Positions 48,501 through 61,434 of a stretch of 64,000 nucleotides of DNA are shown piece after piece. How positions within the stretch are numbered: the first letter of the stretch is position 1; each line of letters starts with the position of its first letter. This stretch comes from Selaginella moellendorffii. Taxonomy: Eukaryota > Plantae > Lycopodiophyta. The stretch lies in contig NW_003314417.1 of the NCBI RefSeq assembly GCF_000143415.4, positions 1-64,000 of the forward strand, in the 5' to 3' direction. A program made the translations under genes and the position numbers. The notes beneath the pieces are model-generated. The model searched no databases, had not been told where the DNA came from, and worked only from the letters and a program-made list of their open reading frames with translations.

Positions 48501-49940
48501 TTTGTGTTCTTCGATTTATCTTATGTAAGTTGTTTAGCATACTATCTGCAATATTTGATAGTTAAGTTTAATCATTAAGTTTTTTCTTGATGATACATTA
48601 GCTATTGAATATTATTGAATGGTTAATCCTATATTATCCAACTATAATGATCTTGGTGGTTCCTATACTATAATTCTTGTTTATCAAATGATAACTTACT
48701 TGAAATACTTTGTGTTCAATTCGAATATAACTACAGGTATCAATAGTTACCTGTCAGCTAGTGACATCACCCACCTCTCTGTCGATGTTCTTTATTTCAT
48801 TAAAAGGGCATGATCCTGTAAACAACTCTAATTGCCTATTTACAGTAGTCTTTCTAAACCTTATCAATGGGTTTGGTTTCTTTGCTTATGAGGGTTGGGG
48901 CCTTTGGCTTCTCTCTCTATGTCCTTGTGGGTAAGGGTGTATCACACTTTTGTAAGTTGGGTGACACCTAAAGTAGCAAGGGTGGCTGAGTTTGTTAGTC
49001 ATTTCCTTGTCAGCGACAGCCGGAAGGTGTCTGAGTTGGTAACGTGCATTAAACAAAAAGGTTACCTTAACTCATTTAAGTTGATACATTTCTCACATAG
49101 TGTGATCACCATGAACTTTTTCTAGAGTATGCATCAACAAGGACGTCAATCTTCCCTAAGGGGAGGAGAGTGTTGTGAATATAACTGTGGGTATCGAAAG
49201 TTACCTATCGACTAGTCCTTTCAAATATTCTTTCTTTACTTCCACGATGGCAAGAGGTTGGTGTTTCTGGTTCTCTTTATTAGTCCCTCTTGTTCAAGTA
49301 TTAGTAAACTAGGCTTAACACCTATATTTAGCCAAATAGACATAAGGTAAGAACACCTATGTGTTTCTAGTTGAGCATACTTAGCCTGGCTCTTAGTTCT
49401 CTTTTGCTTTATCATACACTAACTTGATAAAAACCCTCATGTATTGAGACTAGTCCCTCAATATTGCTGGATGATAGCTTACTGTGTCTGCCAAACACCC
49501 TTGCTATGAGCCCTTTGTGTTAGTCTCATTCTAGTCCCAAATACTAGTTATGGAAAATGTCTAAATATGTTCATTTAGTATATCTATGAAATGTAGAAAT
49601 TATCCTGAACACAATGGTGTTTGTCCCGTGTCCAAATTCATAATCTAGGGACATAATCATAGACTAACTTTTGGTACTAAGGGTGGCTAATGGTGGAATG
49701 CCAAAGCCTCTGTTCCTCAAGAGGAGGGGGGGCTGTTGGGGGTTCCAAATGTATAGTAGGGATAGGGTAGGTTGGGCATTATTGACCAACTTGAAATATA
49801 ATTTAGCTCCTGCTTGCATGTTTATCCTTGTTCTGTGTCTGGCTTGGATCTAAACCCAAGTTCTACACCATGCTAGTTGGTGAAGTACCCATATCCTTGT
49901 GTTAGGCCACTAGTATGCTAAAATAGCATTAGACTCCGTG
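42582..49940 (+). mobile_element. Element E: heavily decayed LTR retrotransposon (partial 5' LTR 42582-43070, PBS 43073-43083, PPT 49158-49170, truncated 3' LTR from 49171)
   Basis: LTR homology among three segments; TGGTATCAAAG PBS; AAGGGGAGGAGAG PPT; no intact ORF in the internal region. Confidence 0.75.
47345..48416 (+). mobile_element. Solo LTR of family E (1072 bp)
   Basis: TG...CA ends with TSD TTGTT at 47340-47344 and 48417-48421. Confidence 0.88.
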
Positions 49941-52900
49941 CCTACCTATAAGGCAACATTCTTCATTTTGGCCATAAATCCATTGTAGGTGAAATGAGCT
50001 ATATTTATTTGCTATTCAATCTTTATAGCTTCCAATAGATGAGGTTTTTTAATGTTGGCATTTTGTGCAATTGTCCCCCTGTCGATGATGGCACATAACA
50101 CCTTAAGCCTAGTATGATAATTGGGCTTCAAGTAGGTGAAGTTGCCTCCTTATTTGGATGTGTAGTTAGGGAGGACATATTGATCAAGTATGTGATCCTT
50201 CTTGCTTATCATGATTACTTTGCCCTTGTTGTCTAGGCAAAAAATCTGAGCAAACTGGGTGAGTCTAAAGGGATGGACTCACCTATAGAAGAGAAATGCA
50301 TATTCCGTTCGGTACCACTTTTGTATGAGCTCAATCCCTTGCTCAATTGATATTTTTCTTTCGAGCAGCTCCGCATAAGTGAGTAACCCAAAAGCATTAA
50401 ACCAAACCTTTTCTTAGGGAGAAAGCACAAGCTCCCTAGACAGCTTTACTTAGCCATAATCAAGTGCCTTGTCGCTAGATGAAATTTTCTCCACATGCTC
50501 ATTTTGCCTAGGGATTTTTGCCATCCATGAAGATTTATAGGCAAAGCACTCGACATTAGGTGACCGGGAGATGTAATGCAATGTTAACAAAGATGCCTAA
50601 GTGAGAATGCTTCAAGCGTGAAGTCAACAATTTGTAGTAGTGGCGTGAGGACAAGATCACTCCACCCAATCAAGGCAGCAATGGCATTTACTTTTGTGTG
50701 GCTTTAGGTGGCATTTGAGTTGTCGTACATTGCTTTAGAGCTAAGCTTGGAGTGTTAGCGCATCTTGGTGGAGGCATAGGCATGGAGTGAGTGAAAGGGA
50801 AAGAATGAGAGAAAGAGAAGCTCTTTAGCTGCCTCCAAATTACCTAGATCATCTTGCTTTAATACGTTAGCCCTAAGTTTTATCCTCTTGCCTTTGTTTG
50901 CTTTTGTATGGAAATGTATTGTGGAATTTTTTTTTCCCTTATTGGCATAGTAATCTTTGCTCATTAATCCTTATGGTTTACTAGCAGAGTTTATAGAATG
51001 AGGCAAGAAAAATGTAAATATTACTCTTAGAGTATCCACCCTTTCTTTTCTTTTCCTCTAAATCTTGCATTGCCTAAAGAAAATTTGTATAAGCCATACC
51101 AACAAGATTTTGAGGGAAAATCTGCTCTAGAGAAAGAAATATATAACCATATATCCCTTGATTTCTTTTCTTGGAACTTCCCCATCAAAGATATGAGAGT
51201 TTCTTTAGCATAAAAATGAATCTTTCCTAGAAGATATATATTTTCGTTCTATTTTAGATGAACAAATCTTTGTCTCAGCTTATTAGGAAAGACGACTCTT
51301 CTTATTCAATTTCACTAATCTAGCTCTATGGGGAGATAGAAAATCTTGGAAATAAAATCCTTAGTGATCTTAATATCCCCTCCATCCATTTTGAAAGCTA
51401 ATTTTACAGGATCTCATATTTGAAGAACTAATCTGGCTTTCTATGGTTTTACAAAGTTTAATATAGTTTTGTAAAAATTTTCTAGACTCCTATCCTTTAT
51501 CCAATTGGCCACCCTATCTATGCATTTATGTAGTTCATAATGAATGCTTATGAGTTTATCCATAGTTTAGTACCCTAAAATATAGATAATATTTATGCTT
51601 ATATCTTCATAATACTTCTTTAAATGATTTAAATTTACTATTGCGGTATCATCCCTATTTAAGGTGTGCACTTTAGCTGCTTCTAGATATGATATCTTAG
51701 ACAAAATAAATGGACTATGCCATTTTTTCTTGAATTTATTTCTAAGAGCATCTATTTTGCCTTAACACCAAAGCACTTTATCTCTTGGCTTAAGTTGGTG
51801 AGAGATTTTCAATTGTTTACTTAGCATTTTTAGCTTTTTGAATTGCATGTAGGGTCTAGATTACTTTAAGCTTAAGCTCATTTAAATTTTCTATTTTGTC
51901 AAGTCTTTGCTTAAGAGCTTTTTTTTCATCTAAGCTATTTTGTAATTGTAATACTCAAAGAGGGAATTATAAATTCGATAAACGTTAAAGCTTTCTAGCC
52001 ATAAGTAACATAAAATAGTGTTATGTCTATGGATACTTTATATACAATCTTATAAGCCCACAAAGCATCTATGATTTTCTCATCCCAATCTTTTTGATTG
52101 TCCTTTACAATCTTTTTCAAGATATTTTAAAGAATTTTATTAGTAGATTTAGCCTGACCATTCCCTTATGGGTAATATGGCTTGGATTTTTTATGCTTAA
52201 AGATAAATTCTTGTATAAATTTTTTTTATTGTTTCATTGATTAAATAGGTGCCTTTATCTATAATGATCTTTTTAAGCAAACTAAATTTTACAATGATGT
52301 TTTCATAAAGGAATTTAGCAATGTTAGTGGCTAAGACATATTTCATAGACATAGCTTCTATCCATAATCACATAATCAGTGGCGACTAAAATTTATTTGT
52401 TCCTTTTACTGCTTGTCACCATAGAACCCACAAAATTCAATCCTCATTTATGAAATGCTTCATATGGACAAGTAGGATTTAGTTCGTGGATTTGATTTTT
52501 AGGTGGTAGTTTATAACTTTGACAAATATCACAATTTTTACAAAAAATTGCTATATCTTTCCAAAGTGTAAGCCACTATAACTCTACTTGTAAAACTTTT
52601 GTAGTAGTGATTTCATTTACAAATTGGCCTCCTAATGGGCTTAAGAGAGCTTCCCTTAAGATTTCATTTCTTTCCTCTTACCTATTAACACATCTTCTTA
52701 GTGTTCCATCGATACTTAATTTATATAGACATTCCCTAATGATAAAGTAAAATTGTATACTCAAGATAAACAACTTTTTTTTCTCTAGCGAGTTATAGTG
52801 GGGTGGAATGGTGCCTGTAGAAAGATAAATTTATATAACTTCGAACCAAGTGGTAGGCACAGAGATTGCAAATAAATGAGAATCTAGGAGTTTGTTTACC

Positions 52901-53254
52901 TTAGTAATAGGTGACTCTCCTGTAATGATGTAGTTTAGGTAATCAGCTTGTTCATGGAATTTTTCAGGTCTATATACTATTTCAAGATTATATTCTTGTA
53001 ATAGTAAAAACCATTTAGTTAATCGAGTAGATATGCACAGTTTATTGATAAGATGTAAAAAAGCTTTATAGTCATAAAAAAACAATTACTTTTGTTACCA
53101 AAAGATAATGCCTAAATTTTTGTAAAACGTAAATTACACCTAAAGCTTCTTTTTCAGTTATTGTGTAATTATGCTTAATAGGATTTAAACATCTGCTGGC
53201 ATAGTAAATAGGATGATCGTTTTGATCACCTTGTGTTTGGGACAATGTTGCACC

Positions 53255-54407
53255 TGTAAGCCACAAATTTTTTCTTTCCAATTTGCCAGCTTACCTCGTC
53301 TATCCGTCCAACACTACCTTGGTTTTTGCTAAGTTCCCTCGCCAAGGTTCCCGCATATGGTACCATCTCCTACTTGCTCCTACTTGGTTTTAGCTACTCA
53401 CTGCATGAGGAACGAAGTGTTAACCTAATCCACGGATTCCCAAATCTCCCCCAATCCCCCTCCCCGGGTTAGACTGGACTTAAGGTTCGGCTACACTCCC
53501 CACAAGCACAAGTAGCCAAGCATACCAAGCTTCCACGTTCCTAACATCCCTTGGTACCACAAGACTTGATCATGGGACCCTCTAAATCTCAAGTCTCGGG
53601 TGCAACACTTGCTTCGGGACGCCGGGGCAAAACACCGTGGCCTAACGGCCCGGTATGGGTACCTCTACCCCCCCACTTCTATCCCAAAGGGAAGGTCCAA
53701 GCCCCTAGGAAGGGCAAGGACCAATGAGCCGCATAGTACTCAAGTGGGGCACCACTCCACTTGAGGCAGGTGCACCACAGTCGGTTTCCCTTTCGAGAGT
53801 GGGAGTTGCTCTTGAGCACTTCCTTGGATGGCCCCTCTAGCACCATCCAAGTCCATGCTCACTCCCACCCAAGGCCCCTCAGTCCCAGTCCCAACCTCAA
53901 GTCAGTTTGGAAGCACCATTGGAGAGTTCCTTCAAGACTGGTTCCTGGACCTCACTATCTCTACTATACTTTTGGAACCCCCTGCAGCCCCCACTGAGAG
54001 ACGCATGCTTTGGGCTTTCACCCCTTGACCCGTATTAATACTTAGACTTAGTCTCTAGCTCGATCTTGGACTCGATCTCGGATCCGACTTCGGATTCGGT
54101 CTCGAACTCGATCTCGAACTCGATCTCGGACTCGATGTTGGACCCGATCTCGGACCCGATCTTGGACTCGACCTCGGACTCGGTCTTGGACCTGATTTTG
54201 GATCTCGAACTCCGTCTCGAACTCGGTCTTGAACTCGGTCTCCAAGTTAGCCTCGGACTCGATTCCGGACTCTATCTCGAACTTGGTCTTAGAGTCAGTC
54301 TTGGACTCGATCTTAAACTCGGTCCCATCCGATGAACTCTTTATCATTTTGGTCATGCTTTCAGGGCTCCTTTTGCCTATGACACCTCGGCGAGTTGGTT
54401 CCTTACA
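53255..54407 (-). repeat. B3 3' LTR (1153 bp)
   Basis: Diverged homolog of the B1/B2 LTR. Confidence 0.95.
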
Positions 54408-54811
54408 ACTCCACCACCCATAGAAGAAGTTCAATGCCCACATCGAACGTCTCTTTTTTTATCCTATGACTTGTTAACCATGTTTCCGGGGGAATCCACC
54501 CACTTAGCGGTGTGCCTAAGTTAGCCTCCCCGGCCAAGAGCCCATGACAACGGAATATAGGTGTCCCTATACTCCTCACCTCACCACGCCCTAATATGGG
54601 GTCGGGACTTGAACCCAACCTTGCTTTACTAGGGGGTTGGGACTCAAACCCAACCTCCGTAGAATACGTCTACGGATTCGACATCCCCGCAGGGAGTCGG
54701 GCGTAGTTCCTTACGCCTAGTCGACTTAGCTAACCCATGCTAATTAGTTTACCTTCGGCGTGCCTTCGGGTCCCAACATATGCCATTACTCAACTTCTCA
54801 AATTGATACTT

Positions 54812-57800
54812 TTAATTAAACTTTGCATAAGTACATAGAGTTCTGCTTTGTAGAAATTCCTCCACTAGATCTCGCGCGTTCGCTAAGTTCTCCTCCGATT
54901 CCCATGTTGCTTCGCAGTGTGGAAATCCTTTCCACTTCACATGGAACTCTCTCACCTCACGTTCTTGTCGTTTGCTCTTGTGCACATTGAGGATGGCCTC
55001 GACTTCGTATTCTTCTTCCCCTTAGATAACCTCAGGTAAAAGTCTCACTTGGTCCTTGCGAAGCGGATCCTCAAAATACGGCTTGAGTAAGTTCACGTGG
55101 AACACGGGATGCATCTTCCCCATCTCTCAAGGAAGTCGAAGACGGTAAGCCACTTTACTGATTCGAGCCTCAATCTCGTAAGGCCCCGCGAACTTGCTTA
55201 AGGAACTCAAGATCAATTCATTTATAGGAATACATGCATTTTTACCTTTGGGTCAACTTCTGGTTGATCCCACTTGGTAGCTTGAGGTTCTTGGTGTTTA
55301 GCCACATTTTCTCCCCAGTTTAAAACTCTACATCCCAGCACTTCTGGTTCACGTACTTAGTTTGCCTTTGTTGAGCCCGTTCCAAAGAATCCCTCATTAG
55401 ATTCCAAATGTTGAGTCTTTCCGCCATGAATGCCTCCACTGTGGGTAACTCTCCATGATACTCGGCCACACCAAGTTCCACAAGACCTTCAATAGCTCGC
55501 CTATTGATGACTTCCCATGGACTCACCCCGATGTTTGAATGTGGTGAGTTGTTATAACACATTTCCACAAGTCCCAAATGACTTACCCAATCAGTCTGGT
55601 CTCCCGAGACATAGCATCGCAAATAATCTTCCAGCTACCTATTCACCCTTTCCATTTGTCCGTCTGTCAAGAAGTGTTAGTGCCATCAATTTTAACTTAA
55701 TACCCATTACCTGTCTGTAGGTGATAGGCTGTGCTGAATTTCAACTTGGTGCGATACTTTTCTAGGAGTGTCCTCCAAAACCTATTGGTGAAGATCTTAT
55801 CTCGATCTGAGATAATCTCTTCCGGCCTTCCCCGCACTCGAACCACTTGTTCGAAGAACAGCTTCGCCACACCTTCCACATCCACTTTTGTTGTGGTGGG
55901 TATGAAATGTGCCATCTTCGAAAATCGATCAACCACCATGAATATCGCATCGAACCCCTCGCTTGGGGGAAGTCCCGTGATGAAGTCCATTGTAAGACAT
56001 TTCCATGGACAATCTGGAATTGGGATGCTTTGTAACAAGCCCCCACTAGCCTTAGTCACGACTTTGACTTGCTGACATGTTGGACATGTCTTTACATAAT
56101 CTTGGACATCCTTAGCCATATCTGGCCAATGGTACTTCCTCTTGAGTAAGCCCATTGTCTTGGGTACTCCACCGTGTCCCGTAAGAGGTCCATCGTGACA
56201 CTCTTTTAAGGCTACCTTCCTTAGTTCCCCTTCTGGAATATACACCCTCGTTTGCTTGTAATATATGAGTCCATTGCGTTCTGCATAGCCCGTTTTCTCT
56301 TCCGTTGGCAGCTCACCTCTCTGGTGAGCTTCCCGTGCCTCTAGATTCCTCAGCAACACTTCTTGTGCTAGACCATCGTTCTCGTATGCAGTCCGCACAT
56401 CATCCCAAAAGGTTGCTGTCGTGCTAGATATAGCCAACTTCAAGCTCGCTTTTCGACTTAGCGCATTTGCCACGATGTTGCTCTTCCCAGGCTTGTACAA
56501 AATCTCACAATCAAACTCGGCCAAGGCATTGGCCCACCGACCTTGTTTTCCCCTCAAGTCGGGCTGTGACAAGAAGTGTTTCGTTGCCACATTGTCCATG
56601 TAAACCTTGAAGTGTCTCCCAAGGTAGTGTTGCCACTCCTTAAGTGCCTTGACCACCGCAAACAATTCCTTCTCATGGGCAGGCCACTTCCGTTGAGCTT
56701 TGTCCAACTTCTTCGAGAAGAACGTTACTGGATGGTTGTCTTGCTTCAAAACTGCGCCCAACGCAAAGTCTGAAGCATTTGTTTCTAGCTCAAAGTCCTT
56801 ACCAAAGTCTGGTAACGCCAACACGGGAGCCTTCCTCAACTTCCCCTTGAGGTGGACAAATGCCGCCTCGCATTCCGCTGTCCATACCATCTTCCCTTTT
56901 CCCATTTGGTCCGTTAAGGGCAGGGCTACTCTCGAATAGTGTTTGATAAACTTTCGATAGTAGTTGCATAGCCTTAGGAATGCCCTTAACTCGTGTACAT
57001 TCGATGGTCGCTCCCAATTTTAGATTGCTTGGACCTTCTCCGGGTTCACCTTTAGCCCGTCCTTGCCCACCACATGCCCGAGAAACTTTACCTCTTGTTG
57101 AGTAAAGTCACATTTGCTCTCTTTAGCATATAGCTAGTGTTCCCTTAGTTTCTCAAACACTTTCGTCAAGTGTTTGGCATGCTCCTCTAGCATTTCGCTA
57201 TAGATCAAGATGTTGTCAATATAGACGACCACAAAGTGATCCAAATAGGGTATAAAGATATAGTTCATCAACGCTGAAAACATTGCCAGCGCATTACATA
57301 GCCCGAAGGGCATCACCAGAAACTCGAAGCTCCCATACCTCGTTTGACAAGTTGTGTTCTCGACATCTTCTTCTGCTACCCTAATCTGGTAGTATCCTGA
57401 CCTTAGGTCAATCCTCGAGAAGTATTTTGCCTTTCCCAACCTATCGAACAGGTCTTCAATCCTTGGCAAAAGGTACTTATTCTTCTTTGTATATTTGTTG
57501 AGCAACTGGTAGTCTATGCACATGCGTATAGATCCATCTTTCTTTTTCACAAATAGCACCAGTGCCCCATACGGTGACTTGCTCAATCTAACATACCCTT
57601 TGTCCACCAACTCCTCTAGTTGGCACTTGAGCTCGGCAAGTTCTTTTTCGTTCAAACGATAGGGGGGACGAACCACCACCTCAGCACCCTGGACCAGCTC
57701 AATTTTATGTTCTATCGGTTGTGCGGGGGGCAATCCCGCCAGTAGCTCCTCTGGCATGGTATCTTGGAATTGGTCCAACACCCGCTGGATCACTAAAGGT

Positions 57801-59584
57801 ACTTCTTCCATTCCTGTCTTTTTGTCACTTCTCACCGAGAGTAAGCACAAAAATGTAGCCTTGGTCCCTTTAGTGAGTTGTCCTCTCGTGGATACCAGGT
57901 TTAAGCATGAATCTTTGGCCTTGCATTGCCCTACCTTTAGATCCTGGGCCTCCACCATGGATCTTCTTCCTTGGGCATTCGCCAGTACCACAAGGTTCCT
58001 ACTTTGTCCATGTAGGGCTACCACGAACCGATTGAACCAATTCATCCCAAAGATCACGTCAAATCCCGCCATGTCCAACACAGTGAAGTCCATGTCTACT
58101 TTCCAAGTCCCTACTTCGACTCTCGCTTGTCGAAGTACCACATCGGTGCTTTGGCTACCTTGAACAAACTCTATAGTCTTTGGTTCGCCCAGCCGTTGCA
58201 CCATTAGTCCGGCTTGCCAAACTATGTCTGCAGCCACAAAATTATCCGAAGCACCCGTGTCAATAAGGATCTTAACAAAGTTACCCCCAATCTTCCCTCG
58301 GAGGGCTAGTAGATGTCGCGAACGACTCTTTACCAAAGTTGCTCGTGTAATGAGTAACTTTGAACTAGGGACTGGATCACATACCTCAGTTTGGACTTCA
58401 CCCGACTTAATGGTCATATTGGCTCTGGCCTTCTTCGGGTAGGGACATTCCCTCGAAAAGTGTCCCGCTTCACCGCAGTTGTAGCATACGTTGTTTCCCA
58501 CGCTGCTAAACGACTTGACCTTCTTATTCGTGGGTTTGTCTCTTTTTGCTTGACTCCCCCATGTACTTGCTCACTGACCATCGGATTTGCCCTTCCAGAA
58601 CCCCGAGGACTCATTCTTAGAGAAACTCTTCTTGAATTTCCCTTTGCTATATGTTCCCTTTGGTTTGGCCCCTTTACTAAACGTGAATCCCGACCCTGTC
58701 GCGTTCCCCTTTCGCAGGTTATCATTGAAATGCACCTTGATAGCCACATCCAACGCTTCCTTGTAGTTGGTCGGGTTCCAGTGCATCACCTCACTGCGAG
58801 CCCAGGTTTACAAACCTGATATGAAGGCATGGAACGCATTTATATCCCCCATGTTCGTGACAAGTATCCTCTTTGCCATGAACCCATTCACATACTCCTG
58901 AATGGTTCCAGTCTGCTTCAGCCTACTCAGCTCATCTCTTAGATGCAGAGTGGCATTCGAAGGAACGTATGTTGCGCAGATCCTCGCCTTCATCATGTCC
59001 CAAGTGGCCACCGGTCCTTTGTTGGCGTCCGTCGTTCTCCACCAAGACTTGGCATTATCTGCCAAGTATGGTTTTGCACATGGGACCTTCTCCGAGCTCG
59101 GTAATCGCAACGCTCGGAAGTAGTCCTCCATATCGTAAAACTAATCCTCCACCACCTTATAGTCATTCACTCCCTTGAAGACCGGTGGGGGCTTTGGTTT
59201 GTACTTGGGAACTGCCTAAGGGACTGATTCTACTTCGGTCTGTTCGACCTTGTTTGGTTCTGTCTCAGTCCCTGTTGAAGGGTCCGCACCTTCTGCGTTG
59301 CTAGCATCCGCAGTCTTTCTCTTTTTCTTCCGCTTCTTGTCACGCTTTAACTTGCGTACAAGAGTCTCCAGCAGGGCATTGGTCTGTGCCAACTGTCCTT
59401 CTAGCACGTCCAATCAAGCCTTGGACGACCGAACCTCGCCACCAGACTCCTGTTTGGAAGTTTCCTCACTAGAGTCCTCCTCATGCAAGGATTCCTCATC
59501 CATAGCCTCTCGTTCAACCGGAGGCTCCAGCTCTGGAGGAGGTTCCGTCTCTGCCTTGGTTCACTTCCGCCCTGCCTTTGCCAT
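54812..59584 (-). pseudogene. B3 gag-pol with several stops; introns at 55664-55710 and 55194-55245
   Basis: Colinear with B2. Confidence 0.93.
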
Positions 59585-59643
59585 CTCCCAGCAATCTGCC
59601 TCTATCCTTCGCTAGAACTGAGGAAAAGGCTCTGATACCAAAT

Positions 59644-59837
59644 TGTAAGCTCCTGAGTTTGGACTTCCCGGGAGGTCACCCAGCCCAGTATTATTCAAAC
59701 TCAAGAATGCTTAACCCCAAGTATCACAAGACCCTTAACCGATTGGAAAAGGGGGTGCACTCTTGTTAATGGGCCCTTTCCCTCTATATTTAAACCCCAA
59801 GGATCGTCTTTCGAGTCGTTCCCTTTAGTTGCTTATA
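59644..59837 (-). mobile_element. Cassandra-type TRIM LTR (194 bp) with a 5S rRNA internal-promoter segment
   Basis: 59661-59716 (minus) aligns ungapped to plant 5S rRNA at about 45/56 by eye, with TGGGTGACCTCCCGGGAAGTCC identical. Confidence 0.88.
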
Positions 59838-61239
59838 GCACCTTTGGCATTATCAGAAGTATCGACTTGTAGGTGAAACTTCTTTATCTAGTTGGGTTTT
59901 ACAAGTATATGTGCCTCTTTGAGGCATTATTTAAGCGTTAAAAATGCTTCTTAACAATTTTCATTCTATCTAAATAGAGTATCTTTATTTAAAAGATCAA
60001 CAAGTAGCTTGTCAATCTTTGCATGAGCTTTTATAAATCGTTTATGATAGCCAACTTTCCCTAAAAAGGAATTAAGACTTTTTAAGTCATATGGTGGAAA
60101 TATTGTTTCAATCATTTAAGAAAGTACACTTCTCTAAATTAAGAGAAATGTTATTTTCTCTACATTTTTTAAAATATTTTTGCAAGCAAATTAAATGTTC
60201 TATTCTAGAGTTTAAAACACTAAAATCATTCATGAAAACTCTTATAAAATCAATGAGATATTCTTTAAAAGTGTTTGTAACAATTCTTTAAAATGTGAAA
60301 TGAGCATTGCATAGGTCAAAACGCATTTTACAATAAGTATAACCTCCCCATAGGCTTATAAAATCTGTTTTGTGTTAATTTTAAAATGCTATTTCCACTT
60401 GGTTATAATCAAAGAATCTATCTAAAAATAAATACATCCCATGGCCTTCTATTGAATACAAAATTTCATATATGAAAGGAATACGGAATATATCATTTTT
60501 GTTGCATCATTTAGCTTTTGTAATTCACACAAACTCATAATTTGCCATTTTTCTTAGGCACAATTACAAGTGGTGAAAGCCATTAAGTATTTTCACTTGG
60601 ATAGATAAATCCTACTTAGAGAAGTTTATTGATTTCCTCATTGACTTTACTTTGGTAATTAGGTGAAAGCCATTGAACATTTTAGATTGGATAATTAAAT
60701 CATGCTTCGAGAAGTTTATCTATTTTCTGTTGAACTTTATTTTGGTAATTAAGATTTATTCTATAGAGCATATGCATTTTAGGCATATTTCCCAAAAGTA
60801 TCTCAATATAATATGTACAAAGTTCTAGTAAGATGCCTTTTAAATCTATATAAAATCAAACAAAAATGTCCTTGTACTTTTTCAGTAGATTTATAGCCTG
60901 ATTGCGAAATTCACTTTGCAATCTTTGAGCAATTGTGATAGTATGTAGATTATCCTCATCTGCTAAATTTATTTGCTCAAGTGGTTGATCACAAGAAATA
61001 TGCAAAATATAGTTTCTTTATTGATTAATTTTATAGGTAGGATCCTCCTTTAAATTGAAATCTGTTATACCCAAACCAATCTTTAGTCTAAAGGTTTCTT
61101 GCTTAGATACTTCTTTAAGTATTGAATAGATATCAACCTTTGAAATTGGCTCAATTTCAGAGAAAACTTTTAAGATTTGTTCTTCCTAGAAATCGTCTAA
61201 TCCTTCCTCCTAATAATAAGATTGAGTTTTGAGGGGTTG

Positions 61240-61434
61240 TGTAAATTCCTGAATTTGAACTTCCCGGGAAGTTACCCAGCGTAATACTATTCAAACCCAA
61301 GGACATCTAACCCCAAGTATCCCAAGACCCTTAACCAAGTAAAAAAAGGGGTGCACTCTTGTTCATGAGCCCTTTCCTTCTTTATTTAAACTGCAATGGA
61401 TTGTCTCTCAAGTCATTTTTTTTAGTTGCTTACA
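61240..61434 (-). mobile_element. Cassandra-type solo LTR (195 bp)
   Basis: Homolog of 59644-59837, TG...CA ends, flanks GGTTG/AGTTG (TSD with one mismatch). Confidence 0.85.

Larger units (their letters stand above)
53255..59837 (-). mobile_element. Element B3: older B-family copy with mismatched LTRs (B-type 3' LTR, Cassandra-type 5' LTR)
   Basis: TSD GCACC at 53250-53254 and 59838-59842; PBS TGGTATCAGAGC at 59629-59640. Confidence 0.92.

Noticed and set aside
59661-59716. 5S rRNA gene
   Set aside because: Only the internal ~56 nt is present, inside an LTR
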